Assembly: GCA_027451365.1 (NCBI GenBank)
Contig: DAIDJN010000016.1
Span: 1 to 36,531, forward strand
Origin: Phycisphaerales bacterium
Lineage (GTDB): Bacteria > Planctomycetota > Phycisphaerae > WQYP01
DNA: 36,531 nucleotides
Direction: 5' to 3'
This document shows, piece by piece, positions 8,900-19,240 of this stretch. A program made the position numbers and the translations under genes. The notes beneath the pieces are model-generated. The model worked only from the letters and a program-made list of their open reading frames with translations. It searched no databases and was not told where the DNA came from. The first letter of the stretch is position 1, and each line of letters opens with the position of its first letter.

Positions 8900-9904
8900 T
8901 TAGCGTCCAAGCGCCGCCATTGCCGCTGCCGGATAGCGATCCCCGACCGCGATTCCGCGCGGCATAACAGCGTCGATTAAATTCGTATCCTCTTGTGAAA
9001 TAACGACTTGCGCAGCAAGAAGATTCTGCTCCAGATAGGCGATACGTTTGGTTCCCGGTATTGGCACAATGTCCTTGCCGCGCGACAGTACCCAGGCCAG
9101 CGCCAACTGCGAAGGCGTACAGTTTTTTTCTGCGGCCAAGGTCCGGATTTGTGCAACCAGACCCAGATTCCTCTTAAAGTTCTCTCCTTGAAAACGTGGA
9201 TTGTGCCGCCGGAAATCGTCGGCGGCCAAATCGTTTATGGACTGGAGTTTGCCGGTCAGAAATCCGCGTCCCAGCGGGCTGTAGGCCACCAGCCCGATTC
9301 CCAATTCCCGACAAAGCGGCAGAATGTCCATTTCCGGATCGCGAGTCCACAACGAATATTCATATTGCAATGCGGCTATAGCATGCACGCGGAAAGCTCT
9401 TCGGACAGTGTCTACGCCCGCTTCAGACATGCCCAGATATCTGACTTTCCCCTGCCGCACCAGATCCGCCATCGCACCAACCGTGTCTTCAACAGGTACG
9501 GTGGGATCCACACGATGCTGATAATAGAGGTCAATATAATCCACGCCCAGACGTTTGAGACTTGCGTCACATGCCGCACGCACATATTCCGGTCGCCCGT
9601 TAATGCCGCGAACGGAGGAATCTGTACCGCTGCGCGTTATGCCGAATTTGGTCGCCAGGACAATTTGCGAACGAACCTCTCCGCCAATACCGCGCAATAC
9701 CCGCCCCACCAGTTCTTCATTCTTATATGGACCGTACATGTCCGCGGTATCCAGCAGGGTGACTCCAAGTTCCACAGCCCGACGAATGACCGTTGCAGAC
9801 TCCCTGTCATCGCCCGGGCCGTAAAATTCCGACATGCCCATACACCCTAATCCGATTGCCGCCACTTTAAGGCCCGATCGACCAAGTTCTCTTGTTTCCA
9901 GCAC
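8900..9904 (-). CDS. Aldo/keto reductase
   Basis: [51 protein letters not shown] and IPGTKR motifs; AAGGA RBS before the GTG start. Confidence 0.95.
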   Translation of the reverse strand: MLETRELGRSGLKVAAIGLGCMGMSEFYGPGDDRESATVIRRAVELGVTLLDTADMYGPYKNEELVGRVLRGIGGEVRSQIVLATKFGITRSGTDSSVRGINGRPEYVRAACDASLKRLGVDYIDLYYQHRVDPTVPVEDTVGAMADLVRQGKVRYLGMSEAGVDTVRRAFRVHAIAALQYEYSLWTRDPEMDILPLCRELGIGLVAYSPLGRGFLTGKLQSINDLAADDFRRHNPRFQGENFKRNLGLVAQIRTLAAEKNCTPSQLALAWVLSRGKDIVPIPGTKRIAYLEQNLLAAQVVISQEDTNLIDAVMPRGIAVGDRYPAAAMAALGR

Positions 9905-10185
9905 AGCGATTTTCCTTATGTCAAATGTTGAAGGTTACACCTACAGTCTCTTGATTGTAGGCAATCTTTAACCAGATGCGCTGGAAAATCCGTCGTAGAG
10001 ATGAACCCGCCGATATCCGTCAATTTTGCAGGTAAGAAAGACGCCGCGATGCGGCTGGAGCCGCTACGGCGATGGAAGGATGTATCGCTGGACTGGCTAT
10101 GGCCTTCACGCCACATACAGCGGCGCAAGGCGCGGTTGGGGTTGCTTACGAGGGGCCGGCCAACACCGGCGCGCCCAAAGAAATA

Positions 10186-10794
10186 TTAATGGGCCGACTG
10201 AGCCAACTGGGCACGCACGACCCGCATGATCGCCGCAGATTCCGGTTTCACCGGGGAACGGAATCGGGCCACAATTCGGCCACGACGGGAAATGATGAAT
10301 TTTTCAAAGTTCCAGCCGATGGGGCCGGGGAATCGAGGATCTGTCTTCCGCGCGGTCAGGAAATGGTAGAGGGCACATTGCTTGGGACCTTTGACATGAA
10401 TTTTGGAGAACATGGGAAACGTTACACCGTAATGCCGTGTGCAGAAAATACTGATCTGCTTATCGGTTCCTGGTTCCTGATGAGCGAAATCGTTGGCGGG
10501 GAACCCCAATATCACCAGACCGCGAGCATGATACTTTTTATACAGCGCCTCTAGACCCGCATATTGCGGCGTATAGCCACACTTGCTTGCAGTATTTACA
10601 ATCATGACCACTTTGCCCAGATATTTTTCCAGGTGCACTGGCCGACCATCCAGTGATCGCATAGTGAATGCCAGCACGGGCGGAGCTTTATGCCGCAGAG
10701 CCTGCGCCCGCGCGGGCGGAGAGACCATTTGGCAAAGCAGGACCGCCGCAAAACCACAGGCAAGCACCAAGGCACTGAAAATAGACCGCAGCAT
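10186..10794 (-). CDS. Glutathione peroxidase family protein (Cys-type) with signal peptide
   Basis: VNTASKCGYTPQY, LGFPANDF..QEPG and WNFEKF motifs; N-terminal signal peptide (ARA-Q); GAGGT RBS. Confidence 0.93.
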   Translation of the reverse strand: MLRSIFSALVLACGFAAVLLCQMVSPPARAQALRHKAPPVLAFTMRSLDGRPVHLEKYLGKVVMIVNTASKCGYTPQYAGLEALYKKYHARGLVILGFPANDFAHQEPGTDKQISIFCTRHYGVTFPMFSKIHVKGPKQCALYHFLTARKTDPRFPGPIGWNFEKFIISRRGRIVARFRSPVKPESAAIMRVVRAQLAQSAH

Positions 10795-11040
10795 CGGACA
10801 CCTCAAGAATTTTCATACACCCGGACGCCATGAAACGGTACGCCCGATAAGATTGTTCAATTCTATGCGAAATGTGTGAAATCCGTCAAGACAATGCGCG
10901 TCTGAACAGGACCGCCGCGTGAGCTGTTTTCCTTCGGGATTTGGCCGCCAGACAGAGTTTATCACCCGGGTAAGTGGCGACACGGCCTCCGGCAGTGTTG
11001 AAGAATTGCCGCCGAAAAGCGGCACCGGTCACCGCGGGTT

Positions 11041-13689
11041 TCAGTGATGGAGCGAGCCTGCATGGTGACCGTAAACAGCGATTTCTGAAATACCGTCGGT
11101 TGCACCGGCAGGTACATGTTGGATGACGACCCGTACAAAACGGCCATAAAAGGCCGGCTTAAAATAATGTATCGGCACGTGACCGGAAGCAGCGCGGTGC
11201 CAGTGGCTGGCATCCGCAGAAATCAATATGTCATGGGCCGGGACATCCTTATCAGGAAACGTCACCTTAACTTCTGAAATAAGGTATTCACCTTCCAAAT
11301 CAATCTGACACCATTGCCCTGGTTGATCCGTCGCGGCTTGCCATGAGGTGGCGCTATTGCCGTCATTCACGAATCGCGGCGAGTGCCCCGGCTTGCTGCT
11401 TGAAGCTTCCGTTGGGCGATTAAGCGCCAGGTTGATCAATCCGTGGGCACGTGTCCTATATGTTTTCTGATTTGGCTGGGGAGAACGGATGTATGGGCGA
11501 TCGGCTACACGCGGAGTGCGGCCTGGAATAAACGCCGGTTCACCAGTGGTGGTAATGTGCAAAAATGCCGGTTCCAATCCTGGAGATGTTGCGCTTACAA
11601 CGGTCAACCCGGAATGGTAGGACCGGAATTCAATTGCGGCCAGACCATCCACAATCCGGATATCCGAATGCGGGTCAAAGGTCATTGCCGATCCAGTGGG
11701 AAATTCACCGGGTCCGGATTCAATGTTTAATTTCACGCGCGGAGAATTGCGGACCGGCTGATTATCATCCCCGATCACGGCGACGATGATATGCGAATCT
11801 TCAATGGCGTGCGTGCCGTGAATAACCGTGCGATCTGCGGAAAGATGCAGGCGGGCAGGCTTGCCGGATTTGCGCCACAAAGGAGGCGGAACCCTGTTGT
11901 TATGATCCCGATACCAGAACCAGGCGCGCTTAGGCAACCGGAAGTAGTCGATAATTCCCATGTCTCCAGTCCCGCGTATCCAGGTGCCATAATCAAAGGC
12001 GCACCATATGGCGGCACCGCTGCGCCAGGGGAATTGCGTCGTCTGAAGGGAACCGAAATCAGACTGATATCTGCCCGGCCTGATAACCGAAACCGAGCCA
12101 TATTCTGTTACGATGTTTGGAAACCCGGGATTCATATAAAGCACAGCGCCATCGCCGTTGTATCCGGCGATGTCGCCGAGCTTATCCACGCCACCGCGCT
12201 GCGCACCGCCGATGCCCGCTGGTCGAGTGGGATCTAACTGATGCGTACGGCGGACCATTTGCATAAGCAGGTTTTTCATGCGTCCGAAGACCCTGGCATT
12301 GGTAAAAAAGACTTCGTTGCACATGCTCCAGGCAATGATACAGGGGTGATTGTGGTGCATGGCGATCATTTCTCCCAATTGATCAAGGCAACTTTTTTCA
12401 AAGCCAGCCCAGTGTTTGGATTCAACCGGGTACGCCGACGCGGCCCAGTCGCCATCCGGGCCAAAACCGCCAACGCCCCAGAAACACATTTCGCTCCAGA
12501 TCATTATGCCGTAGTGGTCGCACGCCTCCATAAACGCTCTGCTGTGCGGGTAATGGGAGGTGCGAATGAAATTGAAACCAGCCTCCTTCACCAGTTTCAC
12601 ATCGCGCCAGGCACCGGCATCTGTCGCGCCGGAAGCCCAGCCGGCGTGGTCCTGATGCACGTTGGCACCGTGTATCCAGAGATGCCGCCCATTCAGGAAA
12701 AATCCTTTTTCAGCCGTCCATTCAAACCAGCGCAGACCAAGCGGCGAGTTTTCGCCGTCCACCGGCGTATCGCCATCCAGAACAGTGGTCTGAACGCGGT
12801 ACAATGAGGGATGATCCGGATGCCAAAGCTGCGGATGGCTGATTTCCCCACTGGTTTGAGAAAACAGATGATCAACACCGCTGGGAATCGACTGGCTGGA
12901 GCGCAACGTGGCAATGGTCAGACCATTGGGATTTATAATTGTATTGACCACGATACAACGTTTTTCCGCAGGCCCGCTGTTAATCACACGGGTTTGAATA
13001 TTCACCCGGGCCGATTCCGCGGAGACCTGCGGTGTGGTAACTCGAACGCCCTGGAATGGGATATGAAGTGAACTGGTGGCCACCAGAAATACATTCCGGT
13101 ATAAACCACCATCAAAAATATGATCGCCTGCCCGCGGTGCCAATTCAGGGTTCCACATGTTGTTGAGGCGCACGGCGAGCAGATTTTCGCCGGGTTTGAC
13201 AAATTGCGAAATATCCATGGCGAAGCTGGTAAAACCACCCTTGTGTTCACCCACCGGGTGGCCATTAAAAAATATATGAGCATGCTGAAATGCCGCTTCA
13301 AATTCCAACAATATACGTTTGCCATGCCACTCCGCCGGTATATCCAGTTTTTTACGATACCATCCGTAGCCCACATAAAATTCAGTACTCTGAAAATAGG
13401 GCAGACTGAAGGAATGCGGCAGACCAATCGCGGTCCAATCCTCGTCGGCGTAATCAACGGCTTGCGCCCCGTCGGGATCGCCAAGGGTAAACTTCCAATC
13501 ACGGTTGATGTTCAAGCGGCTGCGCCACGGCGATTGGGGTCGTTGGGAAAGATCAGGGTAGCCAATATCCAGGTCGATATTCCGGCCGACCGCCGCCTGA
13601 ACGGGGGGACTGGCAAGCGAAGCGCCGATGGCAGCGGCTGCGGCAAGTTGCAATAAGGTACGTCGATCGAAACTATTGGATAAGGTCAT
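11041..13689 (-). CDS. Glycoside hydrolase family 2 (beta-galactosidase-like), Tat-exported, with C-terminal F5/8-type C (discoidin/CBM32-like) domain
   Basis: Twin-arginine signal (DRRTLL), GWYRK, HKGGFTSF, GGLYRNV, GANVHQD, RTSHYP, acid/base motif WSMCNE, nucleophile-like TEYG; C-terminal NLALNRP...DGNSATSW...IDL. Confidence 0.92.
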   Translation of the reverse strand: MTLSNSFDRRTLLQLAAAAAIGASLASPPVQAAVGRNIDLDIGYPDLSQRPQSPWRSRLNINRDWKFTLGDPDGAQAVDYADEDWTAIGLPHSFSLPYFQSTEFYVGYGWYRKKLDIPAEWHGKRILLEFEAAFQHAHIFFNGHPVGEHKGGFTSFAMDISQFVKPGENLLAVRLNNMWNPELAPRAGDHIFDGGLYRNVFLVATSSLHIPFQGVRVTTPQVSAESARVNIQTRVINSGPAEKRCIVVNTIINPNGLTIATLRSSQSIPSGVDHLFSQTSGEISHPQLWHPDHPSLYRVQTTVLDGDTPVDGENSPLGLRWFEWTAEKGFFLNGRHLWIHGANVHQDHAGWASGATDAGAWRDVKLVKEAGFNFIRTSHYPHSRAFMEACDHYGIMIWSEMCFWGVGGFGPDGDWAASAYPVESKHWAGFEKSCLDQLGEMIAMHHNHPCIIAWSMCNEVFFTNARVFGRMKNLLMQMVRRTHQLDPTRPAGIGGAQRGGVDKLGDIAGYNGDGAVLYMNPGFPNIVTEYGSVSVIRPGRYQSDFGSLQTTQFPWRSGAAIWCAFDYGTWIRGTGDMGIIDYFRLPKRAWFWYRDHNNRVPPPLWRKSGKPARLHLSADRTVIHGTHAIEDSHIIVAVIGDDNQPVRNSPRVKLNIESGPGEFPTGSAMTFDPHSDIRIVDGLAAIEFRSYHSGLTVVSATSPGLEPAFLHITTTGEPAFIPGRTPRVADRPYIRSPQPNQKTYRTRAHGLINLALNRPTEASSSKPGHSPRFVNDGNSATSWQAATDQPGQWCQIDLEGEYLISEVKVTFPDKDVPAHDILISADASHWHRAASGHVPIHYFKPAFYGRFVRVVIQHVPAGATDGISEIAVYGHHAGSLHH

Positions 13690-13789
13690 GAAGTCGATCC
13701 TGTTAATTAAATGGTAAGAAAATGTTGGAAGGCGGCGACATGTCGCCATGATACCCGAAACGTACCAGCACGAGCCAGGCCGGCATTAT

Positions 13790-14671
13790 TCAAGGCATTG
13801 CCTCGGTTCGCCGCCAATAAAATTGATAAAATGGGCCGCCATTCATAATCATATTCTTGCCATTGTTCCAATTGATCCAATCCACATGACCATCGTTATA
13901 TAGTTCATTGCCGCCCGCGTTGCCGCCATTTGTGGCAGTATGTGCGGATGGGCTCCAACTGATTGTGCTGATAACATCCGCCGCCAGCCCCCAATTCGGA
14001 TTATCTGCCGTGGTCAGGGGCGAATCCACCACATTGTTCATTTCGCCGCCACCACTCGGACCGGGCCACCAATAACTTCCGCCAAGATAGCAATAACCGA
14101 GTTCAGCATAATAGTCCTGCGGCTTTGGATCACCATATTTTTCACAAAAGCCTGTCTCGTTGGGCCAATAGGTATCCCGGTACAATACACTGTATTGGGA
14201 ACGAAAATTGCTGAACGGCGGGCTGCCCGCCGCAATATTGGTCACCGCAGGCGGGATCGCAAATTCCGGGCAACTTAAAATAGCGAGGCATTGCGGAAGT
14301 GGATCGGTGGCCAGCAGAGGCTGCTTTTGCGATCCAAGGATGCTCGCGAGCGCCCGAAATTCCATTCCTGGCATACTATCTTCCTGCGAGATTGGATATG
14401 CAAACAGTTTTGGGGACGCTTGCGTCATTTCAAGACCAGATGCCAGCCGTTGCGGCGGATAAAGATGATATTCCGAGGCATAGGCAAACAGCCCCACGCC
14501 GAGTTGATGCAAATTGCTGGCGCACGCTGTTCGCAGCGCCAGTTCCCTGGCGCGGGAGAGCGCCGGGAGGAGCAATGAAATCAGAATCACGATAATGGCG
14601 ATCACCACCAGAAGTTCAACCAGGGTAAAGGCCGCCGATGATCTGGTGAAACCGGATTTGTGCAAAGCCAT
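13790..14671 (-). CDS. Prepilin-type N-terminal cleavage/methylation protein with H-X9-DG-like C-terminus (DUF1559-type)
   Basis: [40 protein letters not shown]-terminal H...[19 protein letters not shown]. Confidence 0.92.
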   Translation of the reverse strand: MALHKSGFTRSSAAFTLVELLVVIAIIVILISLLLPALSRARELALRTACASNLHQLGVGLFAYASEYHLYPPQRLASGLEMTQASPKLFAYPISQEDSMPGMEFRALASILGSQKQPLLATDPLPQCLAILSCPEFAIPPAVTNIAAGSPPFSNFRSQYSVLYRDTYWPNETGFCEKYGDPKPQDYYAELGYCYLGGSYWWPGPSGGGEMNNVVDSPLTTADNPNWGLAADVISTISWSPSAHTATNGGNAGGNELYNDGHVDWINWNNGKNMIMNGGPFYQFYWRRTEAMP

Positions 14672-14701
14672 GTAAGCTCCTGCCTGACAGCGAACACCGT
14701 C

Positions 14702-14746
14702 AAAAACAGCGGCGGCATTCCGGTATCACCGAAATTGCCGCCGCTG
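14702..14746 (-). terminator. Intra-operon hairpin/terminator between the PEP-CTERM and DUF1559-type genes
   Basis: CAGCGGCGGCA...TGCCGCCGCTG stem followed by T5 on the minus strand. Confidence 0.7.
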
Positions 14747-14766
14747 CCTGAACGCAATTTATTTTG

Positions 14767-15603
14767 TCAGGTTGTTTCCTGACCACGTCTTATCAGAATC
14801 AGGCCCAGCAGACCAATGGCCGCCAGAGCGGCAGTGGAGGGTTCCGGAACCGCCGCGGTATCCACGATCTGGAGGCCGGTTAATCCTGTATTGTTGCCGC
14901 TACCCACTGCGCCTTCAGCGGAATTGGTAAGCGTAAAGGAGCTTCCCGTGACCCCGGTGAAAATCGCATAATCAGCCAGCGGATTGTTGGTGCCCACATC
15001 ACTGGTGGCGGTAGCTTGAATGAATTCGTCGCCCGCGAGCAACTGTGCAGACGTGTAGCTGACCGGTCCGACCGCCGTGTAATAAAAAGTCGCATTTCCG
15101 CCGGATGCGCCCGAAAGAGCGACATTGCCAAAAGCACGATCTGACGCAGTGTTCAGATGATCCGAATTCACATATGCAATGACTTCGTAGGTCGCGAATG
15201 GAATATTTGAGACGGTTACGATAGCCGCCGTCGACGTTTGATGATGAGTGTCAACATAACCATTGAGCAGTTGCAGATTGGCGTTGCTCTGGCTGGAACC
15301 ATAAGTTCCCCAGAGGTCCGTTCCGGACCAGGTTGCGGTGGCTGTGGTCGCGGCACCCGTGTTATCCTGAAAGGCCGCCGAAGGCGAGGATTGAGAATAA
15401 CCCGCCAGATCATTCCAATTATTTTGTGAAACAACCCCAGCCGGCAGGCCGGGAGGCGTCGCATCAAGCTTAAACGGACCACCATTGCCACCGGTGAAAT
15501 TCAGACCAATGGACACGACTCCAGCCCGACCGGTACCCGCCACCGTTAGAAGTGCGGCCATCGCGACAGCCGCCGCCAACAAACGCTTGCACAAGATTTC
15601 CAT
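14767..15603 (-). CDS. PEP-CTERM sorting-domain surface protein
   Basis: AGGAGA RBS before ATG15603; signal peptide; C-terminal VPEPSTAALAAIGLLGLILIRR. Confidence 0.92.
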   Translation of the reverse strand: MEILCKRLLAAAVAMAALLTVAGTGRAGVVSIGLNFTGGNGGPFKLDATPPGLPAGVVSQNNWNDLAGYSQSSPSAAFQDNTGAATTATATWSGTDLWGTYGSSQSNANLQLLNGYVDTHHQTSTAAIVTVSNIPFATYEVIAYVNSDHLNTASDRAFGNVALSGASGGNATFYYTAVGPVSYTSAQLLAGDEFIQATATSDVGTNNPLADYAIFTGVTGSSFTLTNSAEGAVGSGNNTGLTGLQIVDTAAVPEPSTAALAAIGLLGLILIRRGQETT

Positions 15604-16131
15604 ATGGATTCTCCTAATAAGGCCAGGCTCCCTCCGATATACCGGAGCCAGATTTCCAACATGACGGCGATCCTCAAGATGACCGGCATATTCGATAAGT
15701 TTCAAACGAAGAAGAACGTCCCCTCCGTCGATTCGGACAGACTTAGAACACGCGGTGCGGCGAAGCCTGCAAGTGCTCTTTTCGCATTTTTCCAGCAAAC
15801 GCCTTCAGATCATCGCAAAATCGAATCGCTTGAAATTCGCAACAGTTGATTGGTGACCACACCAATGTGGTCGCACCGCACGACTGATACCTAATGGCCC
15901 CAACGGCAAAATCTATACGTGATTCGTGTATTTTTTCGGATTTAATCAATTGAATGGTATAGTTTATCGGCCAATTGGCCATTGGTAGTTACCGGTCATG
16001 CGGTGGTGACGGAAAAACCATCCCGCAGGTATGGCTTGCCAAGGACTTTTGGTGTGTAGATCGTGGCAAAGCAAACCGAAATGGTGCTGGCCGGTGTGCA
16101 GTGCGATAGAAGGTAACCGGAGAAGGTAACA

Positions 16132-16650
16132 GTGTCCGTCAGTGATGAAGTCCTGATCCGTGCGCTGGTGCGCGACCGTGAAAAGATATTCGCATACTGC
16201 TGGGCAATTTTGCGCGATGACGATCTGGCCGAAGATGTATTCCAGGAGGTGTGTTCCTTGGCGGTGCAAAAACGTGAAACGATTGCCAACGAACAGCACC
16301 TTGCCGGTTGGCTGCGTCTGGCGGCGAGGCGCAAATCCATGGAGGCGGCGCGAGCACGTTCCGTCAGAGCCCAGTTGTTTAATACCGAACTGCTGGACCT
16401 GCTCGATGCACATTGGCGAAAATGGGATGAATCCGCGCCGACGGGCCTGCTTGATGCTCTGCGGCACTGTTTGAAACAGTTGAATCCGCGCGGACGGGAA
16501 CTTTTGGCCATGCGCTATGAACAGGGGCTTAAATCACCACGGATCGCCGAAAAACTTGGGTGCAAAGTGCCGACAATATATATGGCCACTATGCGAATCC
16601 ATGCGAAGTTGAAGGAATGCATTGTCCGTCGCATGGCGATTATCGACTAA
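16132..16650 (+). CDS. ECF (sigma-70 family) RNA polymerase sigma factor
   Basis: Region 2 (LAEDVFQEV, WLRLAARR) and region 4 (LRHCLKQL..R.RELLAMRY..G...IAEKLG). Confidence 0.92.
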   Translation: MSVSDEVLIRALVRDREKIFAYCWAILRDDDLAEDVFQEVCSLAVQKRETIANEQHLAGWLRLAARRKSMEAARARSVRAQLFNTELLDLLDAHWRKWDESAPTGLLDALRHCLKQLNPRGRELLAMRYEQGLKSPRIAEKLGCKVPTIYMATMRIHAKLKECIVRRMAIID

Positions 16651-16666
16651 TATCGGATTCACTAAT

Positions 16667-18253
16667 ATGGATAAACCGATGGACAGTTCCAGCATTCGCG
16701 ATGATGCGGAATTCGCACGCCTTATATCGCTTTATCTGGATGACACCCTGACCGAAAAAGACGCGGGCGATCTACGCCTGATCCTTCTGGAAAGCGACCT
16801 TCGCCGTGCGGAATTTACCGACCTTGCACTGACGCGATGTGGTATCGTTCAGGTCTTCCGCCGGGACGCTCTTCATGCCGGAACATTGCCGCCAAAGGAC
16901 AATCCGAATCGTCAGAGCACTTCCCCCGGATCATTGGCATCGTGGCGCAGCGTTCTGTCGGCAATGCTGGTGGCTGCCGCGATTCTGATTCTTCTGCTGA
17001 CCATACCCGGTCGCAAAAGACTTCCCTCAAATGATAAATCAGCCGCCGAAGCCAGTATGGCTTCCATAACCAGCCAATATGGCGCACATTGGCGCACCCC
17101 GCTGTCGGTGGGCAACAGCCTGGTGGCCGGCCACATCCTGAATCTGCAATCAGGATTTGTCAATATAGCATTCAACGCGGGACCGCGAGTTATCGTTCAG
17201 GGACCAGCGCGGTTTTCGGTTAAATCCGCATCCGCCCTGTTGCTTCTCAAGGGCAGACTTGTTGCCCGAGCGGTTGGGGGGCATTTCACCATCCAGACGT
17301 CTGGGGCGGTAATTCGCGATCTGGGAACGTGGTTTGCCGTACACGCGCACAGGAGCGGCAAGACAACTGTTGGGGTATACGAAGGCCGCGTGCGGGTCAG
17401 CAATCGCCCTGCGACCGGGATTGCCCCGATAAGCAGGATGCTAACATCTGGAGAGGCGTCGTATGTCAGAGGCAACAGCATCAAACCATTGCGCCATACC
17501 GCATGGGAACAACACTTCGTAAAACAGGTTGACAATGAGCCGACAACGCTAAGCGTGGTGGACATTCTGTGTGGCGGAGATGGCACGACGCGCCAAGTGG
17601 ATAATGGCATTAACGTCGCAACTGGTACCGGTGGAATGTTACCACAGATCGGAAATTACCAGAGCGATTTTATTTATCATCGTCTCGCATTTTTGCCTGT
17701 GGTGGACGGATGTTTTGTGCCTGGGGGAAATAAGCCCACTCAGGTTGATTCCGCAGGCGATACCTTTGTTTTTCCAGTTGCCCAAAGCAATGGATATTAT
17801 CTGCTTTGGGCAGGTGGCAAATTTCCGGCCCTTAAACTGCGGCACATTCAGCCAGTCTCACCAATTCTCGGGAACATTGATTACTCAAGGCGAGGTCACA
17901 GCATTATCTACATGCATCCGAACAAGGGCTTTACGCTCAATTTGCGCCGCATTCAAAGGCTGCATCCTGGACTGCAAATGTCACAGTTCTGCGCGGTGGT
18001 CGGAGATTCTTTCACCACAACGGTGAAGCATGTTCCGAAATCCTCGACGGATGTCTGGGTCATTGTGGATGGACGATTGCGGTATAAGAAGCTGGACGTA
18101 ACGCCGCAGGATGGCGCGATTCTGATAAACGTACCGTTAAAACCGGGAGATCACTTCCTGACCATCGCGGATGCGGCCCTGCAGAGAGACATCAGCCGCG
18201 ACTGGATTATCCTTGGCGATCCGCGGCTAAAGCTTGTGCCATCATCAAAATAA
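16667..18253 (+). CDS. FecR-domain anti-sigma factor with C-terminal NPCBM/NEW2-like domain
   Basis: N-terminal anti-sigma helices (LISLYLDDTL), one TM helix, FecR motifs (QGPARF, IRDLGTWFAV, VYEGRV) and C-terminal HPNKGFTLNL...IVDG...DWIILGDPRL; directly after the ECF gene. Confidence 0.85.
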   Translation: MDKPMDSSSIRDDAEFARLISLYLDDTLTEKDAGDLRLILLESDLRRAEFTDLALTRCGIVQVFRRDALHAGTLPPKDNPNRQSTSPGSLASWRSVLSAMLVAAAILILLLTIPGRKRLPSNDKSAAEASMASITSQYGAHWRTPLSVGNSLVAGHILNLQSGFVNIAFNAGPRVIVQGPARFSVKSASALLLLKGRLVARAVGGHFTIQTSGAVIRDLGTWFAVHAHRSGKTTVGVYEGRVRVSNRPATGIAPISRMLTSGEASYVRGNSIKPLRHTAWEQHFVKQVDNEPTTLSVVDILCGGDGTTRQVDNGINVATGTGGMLPQIGNYQSDFIYHRLAFLPVVDGCFVPGGNKPTQVDSAGDTFVFPVAQSNGYYLLWAGGKFPALKLRHIQPVSPILGNIDYSRRGHSIIYMHPNKGFTLNLRRIQRLHPGLQMSQFCAVVGDSFTTTVKHVPKSSTDVWVIVDGRLRYKKLDVTPQDGAILINVPLKPGDHFLTIADAALQRDISRDWIILGDPRLKLVPSSK

Positions 18254-18305
18254 AATCGCGGCCGCGGAACTGTCATGGGCCCAACGTCCGCGCCGGGCGC
18301 CAATG

Positions 18306-18700
18306 GTAAACGCCCCGCGAAGTGCAAGTAGACTCAGGCTGCGTGTTTTGTTTTTAATTTCAACTGCTGGGGTCGGACGGGCGGTCGACGGTTCGGCTAT
18401 TTTGATTCTGGCAGATTGCGGGCCGTCCGCGTCTCTGGGCCGCGTTTTTACGCTGCGGATTTTTCCGCTGCGGCTGGGGCTGATTCGGCAGTTGCGATGT
18501 TGGCCCGGTGAGCGTCTTGGTTCTTTTTCTTGATCCGGTCCGCCTGCCACAGGTCCGGCAGCAGTGCATCAAGTTTGTCCGCGGGCTGTGCCGGAATTCG
18601 GGTCAGGATATCTCGCAGATAAGCCCAGGGTTCCACGCCATGGCGTTTGCAGGTCTGAAGGAGGCTGTAAAGAATAACCGCGGCGGTGGTTCCACTGATT
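18306..18700 (-). mobile_element. IS66-family remnant (TnpC C-terminus plus probable terminal inverted repeat)
   Basis: Minus frame reads GTTAAVILYSLLQTCKRHGVEPWAYLRDILTRIPAQPADKLDALLPDLW, typical of the IS66 transposase C-terminus. GTAAACG at 18306 resembles IS66 GTAA-starting ends. The rest of the element is absent. Confidence 0.82.
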
Positions 18701-18959
18701 CGATAGTCGCCTTAAAAGGCCCGCATCATTAACACTGCTGGCTGGATGGCCAACTGGTACCCAAAAATAGTGGCCAATGCAGGCAAGCTTGGTCCACAGA
18801 TAAGCCATGAATGGTTACAATGGCAACGTCTTGAAAGAATGGTGCTGGCAGGTAAATGACGGGTTAGGGGATGATACATGCGGATGGCGAATGGGGACGA
18901 CACATTTAGTCTTACAAGTTTTCAGGCGTTGCCGGCAGGCCGCCGACAGCGGGCCGCGA

Positions 18960-19240
18960 TGGGGGCGAGCGTGCCGAATATCGGATCTTGCCGATTGGCA
19001 GGCAAGATGCCCACGCCCCACAATGATTTGGCGGTGCGCCATGTGCAAATTCGAAACACTTGCCGGACGACGCCTGCGGGCACTGCCGCCTGGCAGGCAC
19101 GAAAAAGATACAACAACCTGATCTTAAAGAGCACCGTGCAGCGCGCACGCCAGTTTCATAAGCGGCTCTCCCGTGTATCCAAAAATACCGTGGGGGTCGG
19201 GCGTCTCGCCTGAAAAGAAACAGCGAGGGCCGCGCTCACC
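18960..19240. repeat. Degenerate REP-like GC-rich palindromes
   Basis: ATCTTGCC...GGCAAGAT followed by GCCCACGCCCCAC (~18986-19021), and GTGGGGGTCGGGCGTCTCGCCTG...CAGCGAG (~19190-19227), in sequence with no credible ORF. Confidence 0.5.

Noticed and set aside
9008..9850. 280-aa ORF antisense to the aldo/keto reductase
   Set aside because: Shadow ORF of a conserved gene with no motifs of its own.
10576..10590. Selenocysteine in the glutathione peroxidase
   Set aside because: The active-site codon is TGT (Cys), not TGA.
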